Shown here one piece after another: positions 11,453-22,884 of a stretch of 45,651 nt of DNA. The position numbers and the translations under genes are program-made. Every line of letters starts with the position of its first letter. Within the stretch, counting starts at the first letter, position 1. Source of the DNA: Leucoraja erinacea (taxonomy: Eukaryota); assembly GCF_028641065.1 (NCBI RefSeq), contig NW_026576392.1, positions 62,001 to 107,651 on the forward strand, given 5' to 3'. Below the pieces are notes generated by a model that did not search any database, had not been told where the DNA came from, and saw only the letters and a program-made list of their open reading frames with translations.

Positions 11453-12311
11453 GGGTTTAGAGCGCAGTAATACATCGCCGAGTCTCGGAGCCGCGTTTGT
11501 GACACCGTCAGCGGAACCGTTCCTGTCGAATGGTTGAGCTCAGCAGAAAAACGGTCCCCGGCATTGTTCTTCTCGCCGCCTTTGTATGTCGTTCTGAGCA
11601 GCAGAAACCGAAGGGATCCGCCGGGATACTGACGGTACCAGATAAGACCAGAGCTGCCCGTGCTTGTAGCTGTATAGTTGCAGCTCAATTTTGTATCCTC
11701 CCCTTCACTCACTGTAACCGCTGCCGGTGTCTGAGAAACGGTGTCGCCTCGACAATTCCCTGCAAGAGTCCGGAGGAAAAATAACACAACATCACCTAAT
11801 TCAGCTCATACTTCAGAATACCCCTCATCTTGATACTGATATGAGATACAATGACATCAAACATACCCCTCCTCCAAAAGCTAAATAAAGATGGGCGGAA
11901 AGGCACTGCGAATTACCGAACACATTTATCTTTAATGATAATCCAACCCGTTTCATCGGACTTGACGTCGTTATTGCTTTCGGGGAGGCAGGGGGAAATC
12001 GTAGATCACTCGTGCGTGAACCGCCGGTGTGTTCTAACTCTACGATGCTTCACCATCGCGGCTGCTTTCCAACAATTAACCTGGAAACTCACCTCGAATT
12101 TCCGAACATCAATTATTGTGAAACTGCATCTTTTTTCATAATGTGCTCTGTGTTTACTGTCCTCATACGGACTCCCTTTCTAAAGTCGTTGTGTTGCATT
12201 CAAGGTATTCGGTTGATTAAATATCACGCATTACATTATTGGAAACGTGGAGAACTTACCGGTTAAGATAGCTGCAGCTTTAATAAGCCAATACATTGTC
12301 AAGGCCAGCAT
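11453..12311 (-). CDS. TRAV: V7: TCR alpha/delta V segment, intact (leader 12260-12311, V exon 11453-11759)
   Basis: CDR1 TATSTGSSG, CDR2 TTYKGGEK; leader variant WLIKAAAIL. Confidence 0.86.
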
Positions 12312-12700
12312 GTTGTAATTGCATTGAGAGTGAATATGAACTGAAATGGTCTCACCCGGAAACAGGTTTAATCTGGTATTGTGAAACGGGTGTGGTCTAG
12401 GCTCTTCATTCATTGGCTTATTCTTGACAGCGTCACATCTCCTCAGCGCAGAATTAATTTGTTCTCCAACTCCCCGAATTAACTCAGTTTACAATTCCGC
12501 CAATCACATCACTGCTTTTGTTGCCCAATCATCTCAAACCTCCTTTGTTTTCTGCTCCATTACGTCACAGGAGGGGCAAGGCCTGAAGTACAATGTACAA
12601 TAAACAAAATTCAATAAATTATTCTTCAACCCAATTGTCATGGTTTTTTTAAATTAAAAAATCGTGTCTTAATGACAGCAAACACACTGGCGTTGGGCCG

Positions 12701-13745
12701 GGATTTGAGTAAAGGAGCAGAGAGGTTCTACTGCAGTTGTCCAGGGTCTTGGTGTGACCACACTTGAGATTTGATCTGTTAATCTGAGGAAAGACATTCT
12801 TGCCATAGAGGGAGTACAGAGAAGGTTCACCAGACTGATTCATGGGATGTCAGGACTATCATATGAAGAAAGACTGGATAGACTCGGCTTGTACTCGCTA
12901 GAATTTAGAAGATTCAGGGGGGATCTTATAGAAAGTTACAAAATTCTAAAGGGGTTGGGCAGGCTAGATGCAGGAAGATTGTTCCCGGTGTTGGGGAAGT
13001 CCAGAACAAGGGGTCACAGTTCAAGGATAAGAAGGATATTTTAGGATCGAGATGAGAAAAACATTTTTCACACAGAGAGTGGTGAATCTCTGGAATTCTC
13101 TGCCACAGAAGTTAGTTGAGGCCAGTTCATTGGCTATGCTTAAGAGGGAGTTAGATGTGGCCCTTGTGGCTAAAGGCATCAAGAGGTATGGAGAGAACGC
13201 AGGTACAGGATACTGAGTTGGATGATCAGCCATGATCATATTGAATGGCGGTGCAGGCTCGAAGGGCCAAATGGCATCATCCTGCACCTATTTTCTATGT
13301 TTCCATGTTCCTAAGTTAGGTCTTTATTCTTTGGAGCGCTGAAGGTTAAAGAGGTACTTGATAGAGGTACCTCCTAAATGATTTTTTTAAATGATGAGAG
13401 GGATAGACAGAGTTGACGTGGATAAGCGTTTTCCACTGAGAGTAGGGAATATTCAAACACGAGGACATGATTTGAGAATTAAAGGGCAGATGTTTAGGGG
13501 TAACATGAGGGGGAACTTCTTTACTCAGAGAGTGGTGGCTGTGTGGATTGAGCTTCCAGTGGAAGTGGTGGAGGCAGGTTAGATTGTATCATTTAAAAAT
13601 AAATTGGATAGGTATATAGACAGGAAAGGAACGGAGGGTTATGGTCTGAGTACAGGCAGATGAGACGAGGTGAGAATAAATGTTCGGCTCGGACTAGAAG
13701 GACCGTGATGGCCGGTTTCCATGCTGTAATTGTTATATGGTTATC
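12701..13745 (+). mobile_element. Two tandem 5'-truncated CR1 LINE fragments (type C; ~12701-13311 and ~13312-13745)
   Basis: CR1 ORF2 C-terminal motifs LSYEERLDRLGLYSLEFRR.RGDLIE.YKI and TRGH…FFTQRVV..WN; simple tails ttctatgtttccatgtt and gttatatggttat. Confidence 0.9.
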
Positions 13746-14023
13746 ATGTTATAAATTAACAACCTAGCCCATGTGCATAAAAGTATGAACCGCTTAATGC
13801 AACCAGAGACAGTGCATAGTTCATCTGTTGGTGCTTTGGTGTGTTCAAGAACCTAATGTATGTTTGTTAGAAGCTATTCTTCAACCCAATTGTCATGTTT
13901 TTTTTAATATTTAAAAATCTTCTATTGATGACAGCAAACACACTGGCGTTGGGACGGGTGCAGCATTCAACGAGGACGCGCCGATGCTGAAAAACGCGCT
14001 CAAAACTGACGGGGATCTCTGAT

Positions 14024-14062
14024 AGTTTTTGTACAGGTTCAGCCCAATTCTGCACCACCGTG
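14024..14062 (-). other. 23-RSS of V8
   Basis: CACGGTG-23nt-ACAAAAACT. Confidence 0.92.
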
Positions 14063-14921
14063 GAGTTCAGAGCGCAGTAATACATCGCCGAGTCTCGGAG
14101 CCGTGTTTGTGACACTGTCAGCGGGATCGTTCCTGTCGAGTGGTTGAGCTCAGCAGAAAATCGGGCCCCGGCATTGTTCTTCTCGCCGCCTTTGTATGTC
14201 GTTCTGAGCAGCAGAAACTCAAGGGATCCGCCGGGATACTGACGGTACCAGATTAGTCCAGGAGAGGTCGCGCTTGTAGCTGTATAGTTGCAGCTCAATT
14301 TTGTTTCATCCCCTTCACTCACTGTAACCGCTGCCGGTGTCTGAGAAACGGCGTCGCCCCGACAATTCCCTGCAAGAGAACGGGGATAATTAACACAACA
14401 TCACCCAATTCAGCTCATACTTCAGAATACCCCTCATCCTGATACTGATATGAGGTACAATGACATCAATCATACCCCTCCCCCAAAAGCTAAATAAAGA
14501 TGGGCGGAAAGGCGCTGGGAATTACCGAATAAATTGATATTTAAAGATAATCCAACTCGTTCCATCGGACTGGACGTCGTTATTGCTTCGGGGGGGAAGA
14601 GGGGAAATCGTAGATCACTCGTGCGTGAACCACCGGTGTGTTCTACCTCTACGATGCCTTACCATCGCGGCTGCTTTCCAACAATTAACCTGGAAACTCA
14701 CCTCGAATTTCCGAACATCAATTACTGTGAAACGGTATCTTTTTTTGCTAATGTGCTCTGCGTTTACTGTCCTCATACGGACTCCCTTTCTAAAGTCGTT
14801 GTGTTGCATTCAAGGTATTTGGTTGAATAAATATCATGCCCTACATTATTGGAAACGGGGTGAGCTTACCGGTTAAGAGAGCTGCAGCTGTAAGAAGCCA
14901 ATACATTGTCAAGGCCAGCAT
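14063..14921 (-). CDS. TRAV: V8: TCR alpha/delta V segment, intact (leader 14870-14921, V exon 14063-14369)
   Basis: CDR1 TATSATSPG, CDR2 TTYKGGEK; donor GTAAGC. Confidence 0.87.
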
Positions 14922-15132
14922 GTTGTAATTGCATTGAGAGTGAATATGAACTGAAATGGTCTCACCCGGAAACAGGTTTAATCTGATATTGTGAAAGGGG
15001 TGTAGTCTAGGCTCTTCAATCATTGGCTTATTCTTGTCAACGTCACATCCCGTCGGCGCAGAGCTGATTTGTTCTCCAACTCCCTGAATTCACCCAGTTT
15101 CTTAATTCCGCCAATCACATCACTGCTTGTGT

Positions 15133-15490
15133 AAGTAAGTAAGTTTATTGGCCAAGTATTCACATACAAGGAATATGCCTTGGAGCTCCGCCCACAAGTA
15201 ACAACATAACATACAGTGATAGTTACGAATGACGCAGAAAACACTAAACATTGATAATAATAAAACATTCATGATAAAACACCATTGATCAAGCATGTGA
15301 AACAACAGATCAAAGGGAGGGTCCAGCTATTTGGCTGTTGAGTAGAGTAACTACTCGTGGATAAAAACTGTTTTTATGTCTTGCTGTGGCAGCTTTGACA
15401 GTCCGGAGTCGCCTTCCTGAGGGAAGTCATTCAAATAGTTTGTCGCCAGGGTGAGAGGGGTCAGAGGTGATATTGCCCGCTCGCTTCCTG
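15133..15490 (-). mobile_element. Type-B Rex1/Babar-like LINE fragment in V8 promoter
   Basis: Same sequence and insertion point. Confidence 0.75.
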
Positions 15491-15811
15491 TTGATGCCCA
15501 ATCATCTCAAACCTCCTTTGTTTTCTGCTCCATGACGTCACAGGAGGGGCAAGGTCTGAAGTATAATATATAATAAACAAAATTCAATAAATAAACAACA
15601 ACATTCATGTACAGGAAAGGCATGAAGTGCTTAGTGCAACGAGAGGACAGTTCATTGCTCATCTGTTACTGCTGTGTAATGTTCAGGAACCTAATGTTTA
15701 AATATGAGAAGCTGCTGGTGCATACAGGCGGTGGAACGGATGCTGCATTCAGCGAGGAAGGGCCGACGCTGACACAGTTCCACGCGCTGATACGTGAGTG
15801 GGTGCGCTTGG

Positions 15812-15850
15812 AGTTTTTGTACGGGCTCAGCCCAATTCTGCGCTTCCGTG
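15812..15850 (-). other. 23-RSS of V9
   Basis: CACGGAA-23nt-ACAAAAACT. Confidence 0.85.
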
Positions 15851-16707
15851 GGGCTCAAAGCGCAGTAATACATCGCCGAGTCTCGGAGCCGCGTTTGTGA
15901 CACCGTCAGCGGGAACGTTCCTGTCAAATGGTCGAGCTCCGCAGAGAAGCGTTCACCGGCATTGTTCTTCGGGGCGACTTCGTATTTCATTCTGAGCAGC
16001 AGAAACTCAAGAGGGCCGCCGGGATACTGACTGTACCAGATTAGTCCATGAGTGATCGAGCTTGAAGATGTATAGTTGCAGTTCAACTGTGCGTCATCCC
16101 CTTCACTCACTGTAACCGCTGCCGATGTCTGAGAAACGGCGTCGCCTCGACAATTCCCTGCAAGAGACCGGGGGTAAAAAAACACAACATCACCTAATTA
16201 AGCTCATATTTCAGAATACCCCTCATCCTGATACTGATATGAGGTACAATGACATCAAACATACCCCTCCTCTAAAAGCTAAATAAAGATGGGCGGAAAG
16301 GCGCTAGGAATTACCTAATTGATTCATCTTTAAAGATATTACAACCCGTTCCATCGGACTGGACGTCGTTATTGTTTCCGGGGGGGAAAAGGGAATCGTA
16401 GATCACTCGTGCGTGAACCACCGGTGTGCTCTAACTCTACGATGCTTCTCCGTCGGGGCTGCTTTCCAACAATTAACCTGGAAACTCACCTCAAATTTCC
16501 GAACATCAATTACTGTGAAACTGCATCTTTTTGCATATGTGCTCTGCGTTTACTGTCCTCATACGGACTCCCTTTCTAAAGTCATTCTGTTGCATTCAAG
16601 GTATTTGGTTGATTAAATATCAGTTCCTACAGTATTGGAAACGTCGAGAACTTACCGGTTAAGAGAGCTACAGCTGTAAGAAGCCAATACATTGTCAAGG
16701 CCATCAT
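15851..16707 (-). CDS. TRAV: V9: TCR alpha/delta V segment, intact (leader 16656-16707, V exon 15851-16157)
   Basis: CDR1 TSSSSITHG, WYSQ variant, CDR2 MKYEVAPK. Confidence 0.86.
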
Positions 16708-16999
16708 GTTGTAATTGCATTGAGAGTGAATATGAACTAAAATGGTCTCACCCGGAAATAGGTTTAATCTGATATTGTGAAAGAGCTGTGGTCTAGGCTC
16801 TTCATTCATTGGCTTATTCTTGACAACGTCACATCCCGTCGGCGCGGAGCTAATTTGTTCTCCAACTCCCCGAATTCACTCAGTTTCTTAATTCCGCCAA
16901 TCACATCACTGCTTTTGTTGCCCAATCATCTCACACCTCCTTTGTTTTCTGGTCCAATTACGTCACAGGAGGGGCATGGCCGGAAGTACAATATATAAT

Positions 17000-17185
17000 T
17001 AGATTAGATTAGATTCAACTTTATTGTCATTGCACATTTACAGTACAAATAAATGGTTTAACCGAGCTGTCATAACATAGAATAAAATAACAAAACACAC
17101 ACTCAACACAGTTTTAACATCCACCACAGTGAGTCCACCAGGCACCTCCTCACTGTGATGGAAGGAAAAAGTCCCAAAGTCCTTG
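17000..17185 (-). mobile_element. Type-A retroelement tail
   Basis: Paralogue of 1596-1786. Confidence 0.6.
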
Positions 17186-17476
17186 TAATGAACAAAATTC
17201 AATAAATTAACAACCAGGTCCATGTGCATAAGATGCATGAAGTGCTTAATGCAACCGAAGACATTTCATAGTTCATCTTTTAGTGCGGTGTAGGGTTCAA
17301 GAACCTAATATTTGTTTGTTAGAAGCTATTCTTCAACCCAATTATCATGGGGGATTTTAATATTTAAAAATCGTGTATTAATGACAGCAAACACACTGGC
17401 GTTGGGACGGGTGCAGCAATCAACAAGGGCGCGCCGATGCTGACAAACGCGCTGCAAACTGACGGGCATCTCTGAT

Positions 17477-17515
17477 AGTTTTTGTACAGACTCAGCCCAA
17501 TTCTGCGCCACCGTG
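17477..17515 (-). other. 23-RSS of V10
   Basis: CACGGTG-23nt-ACAAAAACT. Confidence 0.92.
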
Positions 17516-18372
17516 GGGTTCAGAGCGCAGTAATACATCGCCGAGTCTCGGAGCCGCGTTTGTGACACCGTCAGCGGGACCGTTCCTGTCGAATGGTTGA
17601 GCTCAGCAGAAAAACGGTCCCCGGCATTGTTCTTCTCGCCGCCTTTGTATGTCGTTCTGAGCAGCAGAAACTCAAGGGATCCGCCGGGATACTGACGGTA
17701 CCAGATTAGTTCAGGAGTGGACCTGCTTGTAGCTGTATAGTTGCAGCTCAACTGTGCGTCATCCCCTTCACTCACTGTAACCGCTGCCGGTGTCTGAGAA
17801 ACGGCGTCGCCGCGACAATTCCCTGCAAGAGACCGGGGATAAATAACACAACATCACCTAATTCAGCTCATACTTCAGAATACCCCTCATCCTGATACTG
17901 ATATGAGGTGCAATGACATCAAACATACCCCTCTCCAAAAAGCTAAATAAAGATGGGCGGAAAGGCGCTGGGAATTACCGAATAAATTTATCTGTAAGAT
18001 AATCCAACCCGTTACATCGGACTGGACGTCGTTATTGCTTCCGGGGAGGAAGGGGGAAATCGTACATCACTCGTACGTGAACCACCGGTGGGTTCACACT
18101 CTACGATGCTTCTCCGTCGCAGCTGCTTTCCAACAATTAACCTGGAAACTCACCTCAAATGTCCGAACATCAATTACTGTGAAACTGCATCTTTTTTCCT
18201 AATGTGCTCTACGTTTACTGGGCTCATACGGACTCCCTTTCTAAAGTCGTTGTGTTGCATTCAAGGTATTTGGTTGATTAAATATCACGCACTACATTAT
18301 TGGAAACGTGGAGAACTTACCGGTTAAGAGAGCTGCAGCTGTAAGAAGCCAATACATTGTCAAGGCCAGCAT
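17516..18372 (-). CDS. TRAV: V10: TCR alpha/delta V segment, intact (leader 18321-18372, V exon 17516-17822)
   Basis: CDR1 TATSRSTPE, CDR2 TTYKGGEK. Confidence 0.88.
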
Positions 18373-18726
18373 GTTGTAATTGCATTGAGAGTGAATATGA
18401 ACTGAAATGGTCTCACCGGGAAACAGGTTTAATCTGAAATTGTGAAAGTGCTGTGGTCTAGGCTCTTCATCCGTTGGCTTATTCTTGACAGCGTCACATC
18501 CCCTCAACGCGGAGTTAATTTGTTCTCCAACTCCCCGAATTAACTCAGTTTACAATTCCGCCAATCACATCACTGCTTTTGCTGCCCAATCATCTCAAAC
18601 CTCTTTTGTTTTTTGTCCCATTACGTCACAGGAGCGGCAAGGCCTGAAGCACAATGTACAATAAACACAATTATTCTTCAACCCAATTGTCATGGGTTTT
18701 TTAATTAAAAAATAGAGTTTTAATGG

Positions 18727-19174
18727 GTCCCTCTCCCCCAAAAGCTAAATAAAGATGGGCGGAAAGGCGCTGGGAATTACCGAAAAATTGATCTTTAAAG
18801 ATAATCCAACTCGTTCCATCGGACTGGACGTCGTTATTGCTTCCGGGGAGGGAAAAGGGAATCGTAGATCACTCGTGCGTGAACCACCGGTGTGCTCTAA
18901 TTCTACGATGCTTCACCATCGCGGCTGCTTTCCAACAATTAACCTGGAAACTCACCTCAAATTTCCGAACATCAATTACTGTGAAACTGCATCTTTTTTC
19001 CTAATGTGCTCTACGTTTACTGTCCACATACGGGCTCCCTTTCTAAAGTCATTGTGTTGCATTCAAGGTACTTCGTTGATTAAATATCGTGCCCTACATT
19101 ATTGGAAACGTGGAGAACTTACCGGTTAAGAGAGCTACAGCTGTAAGAAGCCAATACATTGTCAAGGCCAGCAT
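18727..19174 (-). pseudogene. V relic: orphan leader (19123-19174) plus partial intron; acceptor, V exon and RSS deleted
   Basis: Downstream-flank sequence (…aatagagttttaatgg) joins intron-internal ccctctcccccaaaagctaaat at ~18727. Confidence 0.88.
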
Positions 19175-19456
19175 GTTGTAATTGCATTGAGAGTGAATAT
19201 GAACTGAAATGGTCTCACCCGGAAACAGGTTTAATCTGATATTGTAAAAGAGCTGTGGTCTGGGTTCTTCATTCATTGGCTTATTCTTGACAGCGTCACA
19301 ACCCGTCAGCGCGAAGCTAATTTGTTCTCCATGTTCCCGAAGTTTCTTAATTCTGCCAATCACATCACTGCTTTTGTTGCCCAATCATTTCAAACGTCCT
19401 TCTGTTCTGTTCCAGGGCGTCACATGAGGGGCAAGACCGGAAGTACAATATATGAT

Positions 19457-19648
19457 TAGATTAGATTAGATTAGATTCAACTTTATTGTCATTGCACATT
19501 TACAGTACAAAGAAATGGTTTAACCGAGCTGTCATAACATTGAAATAAAATAACAAAACACACACTCAACACAGTTTTAACATCCACCACAGTGAGTCCA
19601 CCGGGCACCTCCTCACGGCGATGGAAGGCAAAAGTCCCAAAGTCCTTC
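19457..19648 (-). mobile_element. Type-A retroelement tail
   Basis: Paralogue of 1596-1786. Confidence 0.6.
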
Positions 19649-19950
19649 TAATAAACAAAATTCAATAAATTAACAACTAGGTCCATGTGCAGAAGATGAA
19701 TGAAGTGCTTAATGCAACCGAATACATTTCATAGTTCATCTTTTAGTGCGGTGTAGGGCTCAAAAACCTAATATTTGTTTGTTAGAAGCTATTCCTCAAG
19801 CCAACTGTCATGGGGGTTTTTTAATATATAAAATTCGAGTATTAATGACAGCAAACACACTGGCGTTGGGACGGGTGCAGCAATCTACGAGGACGCGCCG
19901 ATGCTGAGAAAGTTGTGCTTACGGGGTGATACGTCAGTGGGTGCACTGGT

Positions 19951-19989
19951 AGTTTTTGTACAGGCTCAGCCCAATTCTGCGTCTCCGTG
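19951..19989 (-). other. 23-RSS of V11
   Basis: CACGGAG-23nt-ACAAAAACT. Confidence 0.9.
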
Positions 19990-20845
19990 GGGCTCAGAGC
20001 GCAGTAATACATCGCCGAGTCTCGGAGCCGCGTTTGTGACACCGTCAGCGGGACCGTTCCTGTCGAATGGTCGAGCTCCGCAGAAAAACGGTCCCCGGCA
20101 TTGTTCTTCTCGCCGCCTTTGTATTTCGTTCTGAGCAGCAGAAACTCAAGGGATCCGCCGGGATACTGACGGTACCAGATTAGTCCAAGATTGGTCGTGC
20201 TTGTAGCTGTATAGCTGCAGTTCAATTTTGTATCCTCCCCTTCACTCACTGTAACCGCTGCCGGTGTCTGAGAAACGGCGTCGCCTCGACAATTCCCTGC
20301 AAGAGACCGGGGATAAATAACACAACATCACCTAATTCAGCTCATACTTCAGAATACCCCTCATCCTGATACTGATATGAGGTACAATGACATCAAACAT
20401 ACCCCTCCCCTAAAAGCTAAATAAAGATGGGCAGAAAGGCGCTGGGAATTACCAAATAAATTGATCTTTAAAGATAATACAACCCGTTTCATCGGACTGG
20501 ACGTCGTCCTTGGTTCCGGGGAGGAAGGGGGAAATCGTAGATCACTCGTGCGTGAACCACCGGTGTGTTCTAACTATATGACGCTTCACCATCGCGGCTG
20601 CTTTCCAACAATTAACCTGGCAACTCACCTAAAATTTCCGACCATCAATTACTGAGAAACTATGTTTTCTCCGAATGTGCTCTGCGTTTTCTGGCCTCAT
20701 ACGGACTCCCTTTCTAAAGTCGTTGTGTTGCCGTCAAGGTATTTGGTTGATTAAATATGTTGCCCTACATTATTGGAAACGTGGTGAACTTACCGGTTAA
20801 GAGAGCTGCAGCTGTAAGAAGCCAATACATTGTCAAGGCCAGCAT
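19990..20845 (-). CDS. TRAV: V11: TCR alpha/delta V segment, intact (leader 20794-20845, V exon 19990-20296)
   Basis: CDR1 TATSTTNLG, CDR2 TKYKGGEK. Confidence 0.88.
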
Positions 20846-21135
20846 GTTGTAATTGCATTGAGAGTGAATATGAACTGAAATGGTCTCACCCGGAAACAGG
20901 TTTAATCTGGTATTGTAAAGAGCTGAGGTCTAGGCTCTTCATTCATTGGGTTATTCGAGATAGCGTCACATCCTGTCTGCGTGGAGCTAATTTGTTCTCC
21001 AACTCTCCGAATTCACTCAGTTTCTTAATTCCGCCAATCACATCACTGCTTTTGTTGCCCAATCATCTCACACCTCCTTTCTTTTCTGTTCCAGGGCGTC
21101 ACAGGAGAAGCAAGGCCGGAAGTACAATATATAAT

Positions 21136-21319
21136 TAGATTAGATTAGATTAGATTCAACTTTATTGTCTTTGCATATTTACAGTACAACGAGGTGGTTT
21201 AACCGAGCTGTCATAACATAGAATAAAAACACACACTCAACACAGTTTTAACATCCACCACAGCGAGTCCACCATGCACCTCCTCACTGTGATGGAAGGC
21301 AAAAGTTCCAAAGTCCTTG
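21136..21319 (-). mobile_element. Type-A retroelement tail
   Basis: Paralogue of 1596-1786. Confidence 0.6.
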
Positions 21320-21610
21320 TAATAAACAAAATTCTATAAGTTAACAACCGGGTCCATGTGCATAAGATGTATGAAGTGCTTAATGCAACCGAAGACATTC
21401 CATAGTTCATCTTTTAATGCGATGTAGGGTTCAAGAACCTAATATTTGTTTGTTAGAAGCTATTTTTCAACCCAATTGTCATGGGTTTTTTTAATATATA
21501 AAAATCGTGTATTAATGACAGCAAACACACTGGCGTTGGGACGGGTGCAGCAATCGACAAGGGCGCGCCGATGCTGACAAACGCGCTGAAAACTGACGAG
21601 GATCTCTGAT

Positions 21611-21649
21611 TGTTTTTGTACAGGCTCAGCCCAATTCTGCGCCTCCGTG
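21611..21649 (-). other. 23-RSS of V12
   Basis: CACGGAG-23nt-ACAAAAACA. Confidence 0.88.
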
Positions 21650-22507
21650 GGGTTCAGAGCGCAGTAATACATCGCCGAGTCTCGGAGCCGCGTTTGTGAC
21701 ACCGTCAGCTGCAATGTTCCTGTCAAATGGTCGAGTTCCGCAGAGAAGCGTTCACCGGCATTGTTCTTCGGGGCGACTTCGTATTTCGTTCTGAGCAGCA
21801 GAAATTCAAGGGATCCGCCGGGATACTGACGGTACCAGATAAGACCAGGATTGTTCGAGCTTGTAGCTGTATAGTTGCAGCTCAATTTTGTATCCTCCCC
21901 TTCACTCACTGTAACCGCTGCCGGTGTCTGAGAAACGGCGTCGCCTCGACAATTCCCTGCAAGAGACCGGGGATAAATAACACAACATCACCTAATTCAG
22001 CTCATACTTCAGAATACCCCTCATCCTGATACTGATATGAGGTACAATGACATCAAACATACCCCTCCCCAAAAAGCTAAATAAAGATGGGCGGAAAGGC
22101 GCTGGGAATTACCGAATAAATTTATCTTTAAAGATAATCCAACCGGTTCCATCGGACTGGACGTCGTTATTGCTTCCGGGGTGGGAAAAGGGAATCGTAG
22201 ATCACTCGTGCGTGAACCACCGGTGTGTTCTAACTCTACGATGCTTCTCCGTCGCGGCTGCTTTCCAACAATTAACCTGGAAACTCACCTCAAATTTCCG
22301 AACATCAATTACTGTGAAACTGCATCTTTTTTCCTAATGTGCTCTGCGTTTACTGTCCTCATACGGACTCCCTTTCTAAAGTCGTTGTGTTGCATTCAAG
22401 GTATTTGGTTGATTAAATATCGTGCCCTACATTATTGGAAACGTGGTGAACTTACCGGTTAAGAGAGCTGCAGCTGTAAGAAGCCAATACATTGTCAAGG
22501 CCAGCAT
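21650..22507 (-). CDS. TRAV: V12: TCR alpha/delta V segment, intact (leader 22456-22507, V exon 21650-21956)
   Basis: CDR1 TATSSNNPG, CDR2 TKYEVAPK, FR3 variant GTLQL. Confidence 0.88.
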
Positions 22508-22884
22508 GTTGTAATTGCATTGAGAGTGAATATGAACTGAAATGGTCTCACCCGGAAACAGGTTTAATCTGATATTGTGAAAGGGGTGTGGTCTAGGTTC
22601 TTCATTCATTGGCTTATTCTTGACAGCGTCACATCCCGTCGGCGCGGAGCTAATTTGTTCTCCAACTCCCCGAATTCACTCAGTTTCTTAATTCCGCCAA
22701 TCACATCACTGCTTTTGTTGCCCAATCATCTCACACCTCCTTTGTTTTCTGGTCCAATTACGTCACAGGAGGGGCAAGGCCGGAAGTACAATATATAATT
22801 AGATTAGATTAGATTAGATTCAACTTTATTGTCTTTGCACATTTACAGTACAGAGAAATGGTTTAACCGAGCTGTCATAACATA

